Positions 1 through 9,367 of a DNA stretch of 64,000 nt are shown in pieces. The stretch is taken from NCBI GenBank assembly GCA_965223265.1, contig OZ244999.1, positions 1,376,001 through 1,440,000 of the forward strand, given 5' to 3'. Each line of letters opens with the position of its first letter. The first letter of the stretch is position 1. The notes below the pieces were generated by a model that was not told the origin of the DNA, ran no database searches, and was given only the letters and a program-made list of their open reading frames with translations. A program made the translations under genes and the position numbers. The stretch is from Planctomycetota bacterium (GTDB lineage: Bacteria; Planctomycetota; UBA8108; SXIK01).

Positions 1-1155
1 CACACCGAAGACGGCCTGATCGGATGTGGGGAAACTTTCTACACGCCGGACGCCATCGCGGCGCTGATCCACGACTGGATGGCGGAGCGCCTGCTCGGTG
101 CGGAAGCAACCGACATCGAAGCGCACTGGCGTTTTCTGTACGAACGTGCCACCGCGTTCGGTACTCCCGGAGCAGAGATGCGCGCCCTCTCCGCGATCGA
201 CGTTGCGCTCTGGGATCTCCTTGGGCAGGTGTGCAACCAACCGGTTTGGAAGCTGCTCGGCGGCGCGGTTCAAGAACGTGTCCGCATCTACAATACGTGC
301 GGCGGGCCGGGCTATGGTGCCATCCTGCGATCGACGAGCGACGCTCCGAGTCACCCGGGCTGGCCCGGCTACGGGGACGAAGGCGAGCCCGGGCCGCTGC
401 AGGACAACTGGTCATCGACTCATGCCGCTGGCGACCTCGCCGAGGAGCTCGTAGCGGAAGGCATCACCGGCATGAAGGTGTGGCCGTTCGACCGCTACGC
501 CCACCGCAGCGGCGGACTTTATCTCTCGCGAGCTGATCTTGAAAAGGGCATGCAGCCCTTGCGAGAGATTCGCGCGCGCGTTGGCGACGCGATTGAAATC
601 ATGATCGAGGGGCACGCTTTCTTCGAACTGCCGGCGGCGCTGCGGTTGGCTGACGCGCTGAAGGAGATCCATCCTCTTTGGCTCGAGGACGTTTTGCGGG
701 TCGACAACGTGGAAACGCTTGCGGACTTCCGCCGGCAGTCGCGGCTGCCCGTTGCGGCGACGGAGATGCTGCTGGGGCGGTCGTCGTATCTATCCCTCCT
801 GAAAGCCGGTGCGTGCGACTACGTCATGGTCGATCCCACCTGGGCGGGGGGCATCAGCGAGACTCGGCGCATCGTTGAGCTGGCGCAGACGTTCAATGTC
901 CCGGCCACGATGCACGACTGCACTGGTCCATTGACTCTCTTCGCAGGGCTGCATTGTGCTGCCGCCTCGGCGAACGTCGTCCTTCAAGAGACCGTCCGCG
1001 CCCACATTCGGACGTTCTACTCGCGGCTCATCGATCGTCAGCCGCAGATCGACCATGGCTTTCTCATGCCGCCCGCGGACCCTGGCCTAGGCACTGCACT
1101 GCTGCCGGAGTTGTTTGCATCGGGTGGACGTCAATTCCGGCGTAGTGAGGTTTGA
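1..1155 (+). CDS. Mandelate racemase/muconate lactonizing enzyme (enolase superfamily) acid-sugar dehydratase, 5' end outside window
   Basis: The frame is open from base 1 (HTEDGLIGCGETF...). It shows the typical SAIDVALWDLLG helix, MKVW catalytic Lys region, metal-ligand region IEGH/WLED/ATE and late MHDC motif. Confidence 0.9.
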   Translation, partial: HTEDGLIGCGETFYTPDAIAALIHDWMAERLLGAEATDIEAHWRFLYERATAFGTPGAEMRALSAIDVALWDLLGQVCNQPVWKLLGGAVQERVRIYNTCGGPGYGAILRSTSDAPSHPGWPGYGDEGEPGPLQDNWSSTHAAGDLAEELVAEGITGMKVWPFDRYAHRSGGLYLSRADLEKGMQPLREIRARVGDAIEIMIEGHAFFELPAALRLADALKEIHPLWLEDVLRVDNVETLADFRRQSRLPVAATEMLLGRSSYLSLLKAGACDYVMVDPTWAGGISETRRIVELAQTFNVPATMHDCTGPLTLFAGLHCAAASANVVLQETVRAHIRTFYSRLIDRQPQIDHGFLMPPADPGLGTALLPELFASGGRQFRRSEV

Positions 1156-1167
1156 ACCAAAAGCGCG

Positions 1168-2433
1168 ATGCCGACTCGGACTCGCTACCGCATCCTCGGA
1201 GTCACCACGCTTGCCGCGGTGCTCCTCTACTTAGATCGAATCTGCATAAGCGAGATCGTCAAGCTGGATGCGTTCCAGAGCGAGCTCGGCCTTTCCCCCG
1301 AACAGATCGGGGCCGTGCTGTCGTCTTTCTTCTTTGCGTACGCGCTGGCCCAGGTTCCGGCCGGGTGGCTCGCCGACCGTTTTGGGGCGCGCCGCATGAT
1401 GCCGGTGTACATAGTTTTGTGGTCTGTCTGCACGGTGCTGACGGGATTGGCGAGCGGTTTCGTCATGCTGATCATCGCGCGACTGGTTTTCGGCGTCGCG
1501 CAGGCCGGGTGCTACCCCACTGCCGGCAGTCTGATCAAGCGGTGGACGCCGCTTCAGGCGCGCGGGACGGCCAGCAGCATCGTTTCCGTCGGTGGCCGGA
1601 TAGGCGGTGCGATCGCCCCGGCGCTGACTGCGTGGCTTCTCGCGGATTACTTGGAGTGGCGCGGTGTGCTGTTTCTGTACGGCCTTTCCGGACTTCTCGT
1701 GGCCCTCGCCTTCTCCATCGAATTTCGGGAATCGCCTCGCGAGCATCCAAGGTGCGACGCGGCGGAACGGGAGCTCATCGAAGCCGGCACTGCGGTCGCT
1801 TCGGATACTTCGCCGCCGCCGTTTCCCCCTCTCCTTCCGCTCGTGCGTAGCACGACGATGTGGCGCATGTGCGCGCTGCAGTACGGTATCAACATCGGGT
1901 GGGTGTTCCTGGTCACTTGGCTGCCGACGTTTCTGAAGGACGTGAAGGGTGTTGATCCGAAGGTGGGGGGATGGATGTCGACCCTTGTTCTCGTCGCCGG
2001 CATCGCCGGCATGCTCTGCGGCGGGCGTGTTACCGATTTTGCCGCGCAGCGGCTAGGAGTGCGGTGGGGGCGGTCACTTCCTCTGATCGTCTGCTATGCC
2101 ATAGCCGTCCTCGCGTATCTCTCGTGTCTTCTTTGGGATTCGGCGTGGGCGTTCATCGCAGCAGCCTCGGTGGTGGCGTTCTTCACTGATCTCAGCGTTC
2201 CTGCGATTTGGGCTTACATGCAGGACGTCGGCGGTAAGAACACGGCGGCCGTCTTCGGCTGGGGAAACATGTGGGGCAATCTGGGAGCAGCCACCACACC
2301 GCTTCTCGTGCCGATCGTGCTTGAGAGGTGGGACGGGAACGGCGACTGGCACGAGGCGTTTCTACTCTTCTCGGGTGGCTACCTGATTGCAGGGTTCGCT
2401 GCGCTTGGTATCGACGCTCGCGACGAGGTGTAG
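1168..2433 (+). CDS. MFS transporter, anion:cation symporter (glucarate/galactonate-like) type
   Basis: About 12 hydrophobic segments, LYLDR in TM1, QVPAGWLADRFGAR (MFS motif A) and GNMWGNLG. It starts 12 bp after the dehydratase gene. Confidence 0.9.
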   Translation: MPTRTRYRILGVTTLAAVLLYLDRICISEIVKLDAFQSELGLSPEQIGAVLSSFFFAYALAQVPAGWLADRFGARRMMPVYIVLWSVCTVLTGLASGFVMLIIARLVFGVAQAGCYPTAGSLIKRWTPLQARGTASSIVSVGGRIGGAIAPALTAWLLADYLEWRGVLFLYGLSGLLVALAFSIEFRESPREHPRCDAAERELIEAGTAVASDTSPPPFPPLLPLVRSTTMWRMCALQYGINIGWVFLVTWLPTFLKDVKGVDPKVGGWMSTLVLVAGIAGMLCGGRVTDFAAQRLGVRWGRSLPLIVCYAIAVLAYLSCLLWDSAWAFIAAASVVAFFTDLSVPAIWAYMQDVGGKNTAAVFGWGNMWGNLGAATTPLLVPIVLERWDGNGDWHEAFLLFSGGYLIAGFAALGIDARDEV

Positions 2434-2458
2434 CCCCAGGAAATGGGTGACGGGTAGG

Positions 2459-2524
2459 CCTGATCACTCGGCGCGGCAGCTGATCGTGGCGGCGGTAATG
2501 TGCATCGACATCGTGCTCGAGGAG
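2459..2524 (+). pseudogene. Possible C-terminal remnant of a scramblase/LURP-one-like gene
   Basis: The intergenic frame reads PDHSARQLIVAAVMCIDIVLEE, resembling the terminal helix of bacterial scramblase-like proteins as I recall them. No upstream body or start is present. Confidence 0.4.
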
Positions 2525-2560
2525 TATCTGTCCCAACGATTTCCAGAGTGCGAAGGGACG

Positions 2561-4930
2561 TCACTTACGCTCGACGATGAACCCGTGGTAGAGCCCCATG
2601 TAGTACGGGAGTAGGAACGCTGCGCCGTCGTCGAGGCGTCGACCGTCGCCGCCGTAGTCCAGCTGCCACGGGTCGTGATTCCAGTGAGAGACGTTGCGTT
2701 CGTCGATGGGCAGCACCTTGCCGTTGACTCGATGGCCTCGTCCGACTCTGCGGAAGCCAGTTGCCAAAAGCTCAACGTCGATGCGGTGACTGTTCTTGAG
2801 CGCCCACTGGACGCGGTCGAGCGGAAAGCGCTTGAGGGTGTCGAGCGCGTCGACAAGTATGTCCTGCGGCATCAGTCGCCGACTCCAGCGACTCTCCACT
2901 CCCTCCATGCACGCCGCAAAGATGTAGTTGAAGAGCGGGCAGAGCTCCGGCTGTTCCATGCGCCAATAACTGAAGAGAGATCGAATGTACTTTTGCCGGT
3001 GCGCAGGGTTCTTCGCGTACTTGAGCAGATTGTAGTAGCACATGAACGCCATCTCGTCGTCCGATTGGTTGCCTGTTCCCGGCCCCTCGAAATACTTCGC
3101 GACGACGGCGTTCATGGCGTAGCCGTGATCTTTGATCAACTCTTCGTAGGCGTCGTGGTAGCGGGCATCGCCGCTCATGTGTTCTGCAACCTTCAGATAG
3201 GAGAGGATGCTGAGCGAGTTGAGGCCGCGGCCACCCGACCAGAGCTCGTGATTCAGAACCTGAGGACCGAAGTGCGCCCAGCGCGTCGGTTTGCCGTCGT
3301 GGTCGATCAAGTTGAAGTCGTTGCGGAGGAGGTGATCGGTGATGGCGAGGCAGACTTCGCGCACCGCAGCTCTCTCGTCGTCGGTTTCAGCGACCAAGTC
3401 GTAGTAGCATGCATAGAAGAAGTAGTGGCCATCGAGTTCGTCGGAGCTGGTGTCAGTCTTCCAGTACCACTTGCCGTCCTCACTGACGGGCCAGCGGGGC
3501 TCGATGATCTTCCATTGCGGGTCACGTTCGCGGCGCGCGCGATCGCGCTCCGCGTTGGCGTGATCATTCGGATTTCGACCCGAGGTTGGGAGGATGCTGC
3601 GCGCTGGGAATCCTGGTTGTGTCGGGTGTGTCCCGCCCTGTGTTACCTCGCTCAAGAAACGGAGCGCCTCGAACACCTTGGTGGCTCGCGACTTGGCCGC
3701 TGGTTCGCGCGTGACCGCATAACGGAAGCATTCAGCTGCTCCGTACATGGCTGTCCAAAGGCCATCGTTGTCGCTGTCGTGATTGGACCATTCGCTGCGG
3801 TCGTCGGGGCGCGCCAGCATCGCTTCCAAAACGTAGCCGTACGGTGTGCGTCGGTGATATTTGTCGATCGCATCGCTCAGCAGCTGCGCCTTGCGCGCTA
3901 GAGTCATGGGGCGTCGTTCGATGACTCCTACGCCGCTAGAGGTCGCGAACCACGCGTCGCCCTTTTCGGTGACTGCGATCGCTCGCACCTCATCGGCTGG
4001 CAACCATCGTCGTCCCTGCCGGTACGCCCAATGAGCGCCGTCGTATCGAATCGCACCCATGCGTGTGCCAAACCAGACGACGCCCTCCTCCGCGGCGGCC
4101 ACTGTTGTGAAGTCGTTGTAAGGCAAACCGTCGTGGCCGGTGAAGAGGGTCCAACCCTCTTTGTCTTTGCAGCCCACGCCTTGCACGCTGGCAAACCACA
4201 ATCTTCCGTCTCGATCAAAGGTGACTCCGCGCACGTCCTGCGGCGCCCAGCTTCGCGTGGCTGTGCGTGGGTAGACGATCGTCCAGTCGCCGCCACGATC
4301 GCGCGCAAACAACCCCGACGAGGCTGCGACGGCGACGCGTCCGTCGCTTGCGACGGCAACCTGTCGTACGCTGCGATCGTGCCCAAGGAGTCGGTCCAAC
4401 GCGCGCAGCGATTCAAACTCACGGCCATTCGACGTGAACAAACCTTGGCTTGTGGCCAGCCAGAGAGTGTCACTAACTGCCAAATCGTTCAAGTCGTCGG
4501 TGGAGATATGGGTCGGCAGCTTCGCGACGAGGCTGACTCCGCCCGCCGCCAATCGGTAGACCGCATCGCCGGCGGCCACCAGAAGACCGGTGCCGGACGA
4601 GCTCGCGAGGTAGACCTCCTTCGGTAAATCAGGCACGACGCTCCAAGTGCCGTTTGCAAGCCGTACCAGACCTTGTGTGGTTCCGGCGTACACACCCTCA
4701 GGCGTCACGGCGACAGTGCGGACATCGTCTGACGGGAGTCCGTGCTGTGAAGTGTAGACCGTACGGACTTCTGCGTCGAACGTGCCGACGTCGACCCCTT
4801 CGAGTCTCGCGCCGTCCGCACCCTCTTGAGCAAAGGTCAGGGCAGCCACCGGCGAGACGATCACGGACACGGCGAGGGCGACTGCGAGCAGTCGACTCTG
4901 AGTGGCACTCCACTTTGCGCATCGTCCCAT
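2561..4930 (-). CDS. Secreted protein: two-component-regulator-type beta-propeller repeats plus uncharacterised (alpha/alpha)-barrel-like C-terminal domain
   Basis: GGAG precedes ATG 4930, followed by a signal peptide. Repeats include GLPSDDVRTVAV, GLPYNDFTTVA, WLPADEVRAIAV and WFGT/WFAT. The C-terminal half has acidic motifs DNDGLWT, DTSSDE and NQSDDE. Confidence 0.75.
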   Translation of the reverse strand: MGRCAKWSATQSRLLAVALAVSVIVSPVAALTFAQEGADGARLEGVDVGTFDAEVRTVYTSQHGLPSDDVRTVAVTPEGVYAGTTQGLVRLANGTWSVVPDLPKEVYLASSSGTGLLVAAGDAVYRLAAGGVSLVAKLPTHISTDDLNDLAVSDTLWLATSQGLFTSNGREFESLRALDRLLGHDRSVRQVAVASDGRVAVAASSGLFARDRGGDWTIVYPRTATRSWAPQDVRGVTFDRDGRLWFASVQGVGCKDKEGWTLFTGHDGLPYNDFTTVAAAEEGVVWFGTRMGAIRYDGAHWAYRQGRRWLPADEVRAIAVTEKGDAWFATSSGVGVIERRPMTLARKAQLLSDAIDKYHRRTPYGYVLEAMLARPDDRSEWSNHDSDNDGLWTAMYGAAECFRYAVTREPAAKSRATKVFEALRFLSEVTQGGTHPTQPGFPARSILPTSGRNPNDHANAERDRARRERDPQWKIIEPRWPVSEDGKWYWKTDTSSDELDGHYFFYACYYDLVAETDDERAAVREVCLAITDHLLRNDFNLIDHDGKPTRWAHFGPQVLNHELWSGGRGLNSLSILSYLKVAEHMSGDARYHDAYEELIKDHGYAMNAVVAKYFEGPGTGNQSDDEMAFMCYYNLLKYAKNPAHRQKYIRSLFSYWRMEQPELCPLFNYIFAACMEGVESRWSRRLMPQDILVDALDTLKRFPLDRVQWALKNSHRIDVELLATGFRRVGRGHRVNGKVLPIDERNVSHWNHDPWQLDYGGDGRRLDDGAAFLLPYYMGLYHGFIVERK

Positions 4931-5174
4931 CTGTCTCCACTTGGGCAACGAATAGACCTCGAAGTCGGAGGTAGGCACATTTCTCACGAGTTTCATCTCT
5001 CTAGTTTGGGCGTCGACGAAATGCGCGATCTCTCCGAAGAAAGAAGAGTTCACGCCTTGGGCGGGGAAAACAGCTCGGGAACTTTAAGTCGTTGCGGCAA
5101 GGCAGGCGCGAAATGGCCGAACTCGAACCGATCGAGATGGACGACGTGCGCCAAGCCGGGAGCGAGGAGGACGT

Positions 5175-6605
5175 TCAGGCGAGAATGCTTTTGACGACTT
5201 TGCCGCCGTGGGCGATCGGCACCGGGCGGTCGAGGCGATCGGCGACGGTCAGATCTGGGTCGACGCCGAGAAGATGATAGATCGTGGCGACAAAGTCAGC
5301 GGGTGAGACCTTGTCAGACGTCGGTGACGCGGCATACCTGTCAGTGGTTCCATGCACGTAGCCCTGCTTGACGCCGCCGCCGGCGAGCAGACTGAAGCCG
5401 CACTGCGGCCAGTGGTCGCGCCCGGCGCGTCGGTTGATCCGCGGCGTGCGTCCCATTTCTCCCATCACGATGACGAGTGTCGATTCCAGCAGCCCACGCT
5501 CCTCGAGGTCTTCGATCAAAGTCGGGAACACCGTGTCGAGCAGCGGCAAATTGAAGTCGCGCAGCATGCCGAAGTTGTTCGAGTGCATGTCGTACGCGTG
5601 GCCGTAGTGCGCGTAGATGTCTTGGTGGACGCTGACGAACGGCACTCCAGCTTCCACGAGACGCCTCGCGGCGAGCAAGCTCGAGCCGAAGAGGTTGCGT
5701 CCATAGCGCTCGCGAATAACGTCGGGTTCGCGTGAAATGTCGAACGCTTCTCGAGCACGACTAGAAAGAAGTAGGTCAAACGCTTGCTGTTGAAACCGGT
5801 TCATGCTGCGCAGCGATCCTGACGACTCGAGCGTCCGCAGTTCGTCGTCCAGCTGCCGCAGCAACGAGCGGCGACTTTGCAGCCGGTCCGCAGTGATTCC
5901 TGGTACGTCATCGAGTGACGGCATGCGCGGCTCGCCTTGCGGCATGACAGGATCGTAGTGCTGAAATGATGGCTCACGGTCGAAGGTCGGCGCCGAGCGG
6001 GTGAACAGCGGATCGTACTCCTGGCCAAGGAAGCCCCCGTACGGTCCACGTCGACGCCAGTTCTGCCCTTCGCCCGGAAAGTTTGGCATACAGACAGCAC
6101 CGGGAAGATCCTTGGGCCCCAAACCGAGATATTGGCAGACCGCACCGATGTCCGGTGGGTCTGTTGGCATCGCCTGGGAAAGCGGCTTGTCGTCCGTGAA
6201 GCCGGTCATGATCGGCAAGGGGTCGTGAGAGTTGAAGCCGTGCGAGAAGCTGCGGATGAGGGTCGCCTTGTGCATCAGACGAGCCGTTCGCGGCAGGAGC
6301 TCGCAGATCTGCAGACCAGGTACCGAGGTGGAGATCGGACGGAACTCGCCACGGATTTCACTCGGCGCGTCCGGCTTCATGTCGAACATGTCGATGTGGC
6401 TGGGCCCACCGAGCAGGTTGAACAGGATCACCGACTTCGCTTTGGCGGTGCGGCGGCGTGAGGGATCAACTCGCGCGGCTGCGAGCAACCGCGGAACGGT
6501 CATGCCAGAGAAACCGGCGAAGAGCGACAAACCGCCCACGCGCATCATCTCTCGACGCGGGATCGCATCGCACAACTTCGTGGTACCACCGAGGATCCGA
6601 AGCAT
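5175..6605 (-). CDS. DUF1501 family protein (planctomycete sulfatase-fold), Tat-like N-terminus
   Basis: RREMMRVG; LLGGPSHIDMFDMKP; LLAARRLVEAGV; GEMGRTP; GRDHW; AGGGVK. Confidence 0.92.
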   Translation of the reverse strand: MLRILGGTTKLCDAIPRREMMRVGGLSLFAGFSGMTVPRLLAAARVDPSRRRTAKAKSVILFNLLGGPSHIDMFDMKPDAPSEIRGEFRPISTSVPGLQICELLPRTARLMHKATLIRSFSHGFNSHDPLPIMTGFTDDKPLSQAMPTDPPDIGAVCQYLGLGPKDLPGAVCMPNFPGEGQNWRRRGPYGGFLGQEYDPLFTRSAPTFDREPSFQHYDPVMPQGEPRMPSLDDVPGITADRLQSRRSLLRQLDDELRTLESSGSLRSMNRFQQQAFDLLLSSRAREAFDISREPDVIRERYGRNLFGSSLLAARRLVEAGVPFVSVHQDIYAHYGHAYDMHSNNFGMLRDFNLPLLDTVFPTLIEDLEERGLLESTLVIVMGEMGRTPRINRRAGRDHWPQCGFSLLAGGGVKQGYVHGTTDRYAASPTSDKVSPADFVATIYHLLGVDPDLTVADRLDRPVPIAHGGKVVKSILA

Positions 6606-6943
6606 CGCCGCACTCCTTCGTTTGGGGGCGGATGGAATTGAGGACCATATCGTAACATCACGAAGGATCCTTAAACTACGATTCTCAACGCATTTTCAGA
6701 AGCCTGGAAGGGGACTCACCCGTAGGCGTTACGTATTCACTTCTCAGTGTCGTGCGGGTAGAACATCTTCAACGAAATCGTCGGTTGGGGATTCAGAGGG
6801 ACGTCCGAACGAGACGCCAACTCTCGGTGAGAGCTGAAAAGGTGGCGCATCAAGCGTCTTCTTCTTGAGGTGGCCCCACCGCAGTGACGCGTGGCGTTCA
6901 CCGGCCGGCCGGGTCTCGATGCACAAGCTGGAAGCGATTGGGT

Positions 6944-8212
6944 ATGGCTGACTTTCCGAAGGTCTTGCGGTTGACCCCGCACTTCTACCGCAGCGGGATC
7001 TGGCCGATTGCGTTTGACCCCGTGGGCGGGCTTCAGACCCAGACGTGGAGACTCACAGAAGAGTTAGCGAAGTCCGGGATTTCGCAGACGGTCTTGACGA
7101 GCCACATCCCTGGTCACCCTCGCCGCACACGATCGACCCCTTTTGTGCAAGTTGACAGTGTTGGCGTGCCGCTTCCACAGGTTGCCGCATTTCGACTTTC
7201 AAATCTGGCTTGGTTTCTTGGCGTTGCATGGCGCTTGATTGCGAGTCGGTTCGAGCACGACCTGATCCATATTCACTACAATCATTCGGTTTGGTGCCGC
7301 GCGCTGACGATGGTTGCGCAGCGACTCGACGTGCCGGTCGTAGTGACGCTCAGCACTGAGCTCTGGGTGAACAAGGAGCGTCGCGTCCGTCCGTCGAAGC
7401 GAGGTCTTGACGTCGGGCGTTGGATCGAGCGCAAGGCGATCGGATCGTGCGATCGTGTGGTCACACTGACGCATCGAGATGCTGATCGCTGGTTGGGTGA
7501 GCTTGACTTAGAGCCTGAGCGGGTCATCGTGATTCCCGATGCAATCGACGTCGAGGAGTTCTCCGTGCCGATCAGCGGCGACGTTACGCAAGCATTTCGC
7601 AGACGCTTTGCAATCCCTGAGGATCGGCCAGTCGTCGCCTTCATCGGCAGAATCCGAAGCGAGAAGGGGTGGCAGGACTTGCCGTTCCTCCTGCGAGAGC
7701 TTTCCAGTACCGGAGCTCATCTATTGGTCTGTGGCGATGGCCCGGATCGATGGAAGCTCGAACAGGTGCTCCGCGATTGCGGAGGTGGAACATCCTGGAG
7801 CGTTACCGGGTTTCTGAATCCGACGGACGTCAAGGTGGCGCTCCAAATTGCCAGCGTTCTGATCTTGCCGTCGCGGCGCGAAGCGTTTGGTGGTGTGTTG
7901 CTGGAAGCCATGGCGTCCGGGGTCCCGGCCGTTGCGTACGCGGTCGGCGGTGTCGTGGAGGTCGCGGGGACGCCAAATGCGATTGTTCTCGCTCCGCCCG
8001 GTGATCGGTCTCTCTTCGCCACCGCGGTTGTCGAGATCCTTCAGTGTGGTCGGAGGCGGAACCTCATGATCGAGCGCGGGCGCCGTCGGGTGACGGAGTA
8101 CCGTTTGCGCAGCGCGGGTCGGAGGACGGAGCACCTCTACCGAGAGCTGTGCCGTGGCGGCGCTACAATACCAGGTCAGGACTCGCTGGCTTCTCAGATA
8201 GGGGCTTCATGA
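6944..8212 (+). CDS. Glycosyltransferase family 4 (GT-B), similar to aminoglycoside 2-deoxystreptamine GlcNAc-transferases (NeoM/BtrM/KanM1 type)
   Basis: GT4 motifs GRIRSEKG, GDGP and PSRREAFGGVLLEAMASG (EX7E). The N-terminus VLRLTPHF..WP..FDPVGGLQTQ..RL resembles the NeoM-type N-terminus (recalled, not searched). Confidence 0.85.
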   Translation: MADFPKVLRLTPHFYRSGIWPIAFDPVGGLQTQTWRLTEELAKSGISQTVLTSHIPGHPRRTRSTPFVQVDSVGVPLPQVAAFRLSNLAWFLGVAWRLIASRFEHDLIHIHYNHSVWCRALTMVAQRLDVPVVVTLSTELWVNKERRVRPSKRGLDVGRWIERKAIGSCDRVVTLTHRDADRWLGELDLEPERVIVIPDAIDVEEFSVPISGDVTQAFRRRFAIPEDRPVVAFIGRIRSEKGWQDLPFLLRELSSTGAHLLVCGDGPDRWKLEQVLRDCGGGTSWSVTGFLNPTDVKVALQIASVLILPSRREAFGGVLLEAMASGVPAVAYAVGGVVEVAGTPNAIVLAPPGDRSLFATAVVEILQCGRRRNLMIERGRRRVTEYRLRSAGRRTEHLYRELCRGGATIPGQDSLASQIGAS

Positions 8213-8300
8213 TCACTTTCGTTACGACTCACTCGCGGCGCGGTTTTTCGTCCTGGAAGCGCGCGCCGGATTCTGGGTTGATCCGTGTCTCGGTTCGTCC

Positions 8301-9320
8301 GTGATCACGCTGACGTGCGAGGTGAGTTTCGATTTCGACTCACTGGAGTATCGACATCTTCTTCGCCGCGCACAGACGACGGCGTTTCAACAGCCTGACT
8401 GGTTGACCGCGTTCTATCGACACCTTGTCGAGTCGCCAGATGTGGAGCCCGCCATCGTTGTTGCACGGACAAGTGAGTCCAGGGAGCTTGTCGCGCTGCT
8501 TCCAATGTTGAAGCGGAGGGTGGGCGAGGCCATCCTCGTCGAGTACGCCTTTCAAGGCGTTACGGATTACGCCTGTCCGATCGTCGCGACGGAAGCGATC
8601 TCGGAGTTGAAACATTCGAACGAGGCGCGGCTTCGATTGCAAAAAATCTTCGGCGATCACGACGTGCTTCGCATCGAGCCGGTGAGACAAGAAGACGTAA
8701 GCATGTGGGGAGGACTTCTCGGCGCAGATCCTGAGTCGCTCGACTTTGGCGCGCATTCAGTTCAGTTCTCAGTACCTTTTCGTCAATGGCGATCTCAGAA
8801 TCTAGGTCCAATCTGGAGAAGTCAATTGGATCGCAAGGGGAGGAGACTGGCTGACAGGGGAGAGGTTAACTTACGGATCGTCTCTGCGGACGAAGCTCGC
8901 GCGGCTCTGAGTCTCGCACGGGAATTCCGTGAAGGTCGTTTCGTGAATGACCCACTGCAGACGGACGAGGGGTTCAGGTTCTACACCCAAGTCGCGGCGC
9001 GTGGCGCGAAATCGGGTTTCGCACGTACCTACCAGATGACATGTGGTGACCGCGTTGTCGCGATCGCTTTTGGGATTGTCGTCGAAAAGCAGTTTTGCTA
9101 TCTGATTCTTGGGTGTGACTATGAAACCTACGCTCGGCACTCGCCCGGACTACTCATGCTCGACCGGATGATGGAGGAGTGGGCGTCCGTCGGGGGGCGA
9201 CTGTTCGATTTCACAATCGGGGATGAGCCGTTCAAGAGTGTCTTTCGCTGTCAACGCAGGAAAATGTATCGACTGGTTCGGGCCAACACGCGGCGCGGTG
9301 TCGAGTTGATTCGAGGGTAA
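8301..9320 (+). CDS. GNAT family N-acetyltransferase (CelD/BcsL-like, Acetyltransf_6)
   Basis: TAFQQPDWL, VTDYACPI, YARHSPGLLML and FDFTIGDEPFK are characteristic CelD-like GNAT motifs. Confidence 0.85.
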   Translation: MITLTCEVSFDFDSLEYRHLLRRAQTTAFQQPDWLTAFYRHLVESPDVEPAIVVARTSESRELVALLPMLKRRVGEAILVEYAFQGVTDYACPIVATEAISELKHSNEARLRLQKIFGDHDVLRIEPVRQEDVSMWGGLLGADPESLDFGAHSVQFSVPFRQWRSQNLGPIWRSQLDRKGRRLADRGEVNLRIVSADEARAALSLAREFREGRFVNDPLQTDEGFRFYTQVAARGAKSGFARTYQMTCGDRVVAIAFGIVVEKQFCYLILGCDYETYARHSPGLLMLDRMMEEWASVGGRLFDFTIGDEPFKSVFRCQRRKMYRLVRANTRRGVELIRG

Positions 9321-9367
9321 GCGACGACGTCGACTGAACGAGGATAGTTGATCGAGAGCGACGAAGA

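Noticed and set aside
2675-3901. 408-aa plus-strand ORF
   Set aside because: It is an antisense shadow of the motif-rich minus-strand gene, as expected from high-GC codon bias.
6660-6900. Small hairpins (CTCTC-GGT-GAGAG within CGCCA/TGGCG) suggesting a riboswitch
   Set aside because: No complete known aptamer consensus is recognisable. An Infernal/Rfam scan would be needed.
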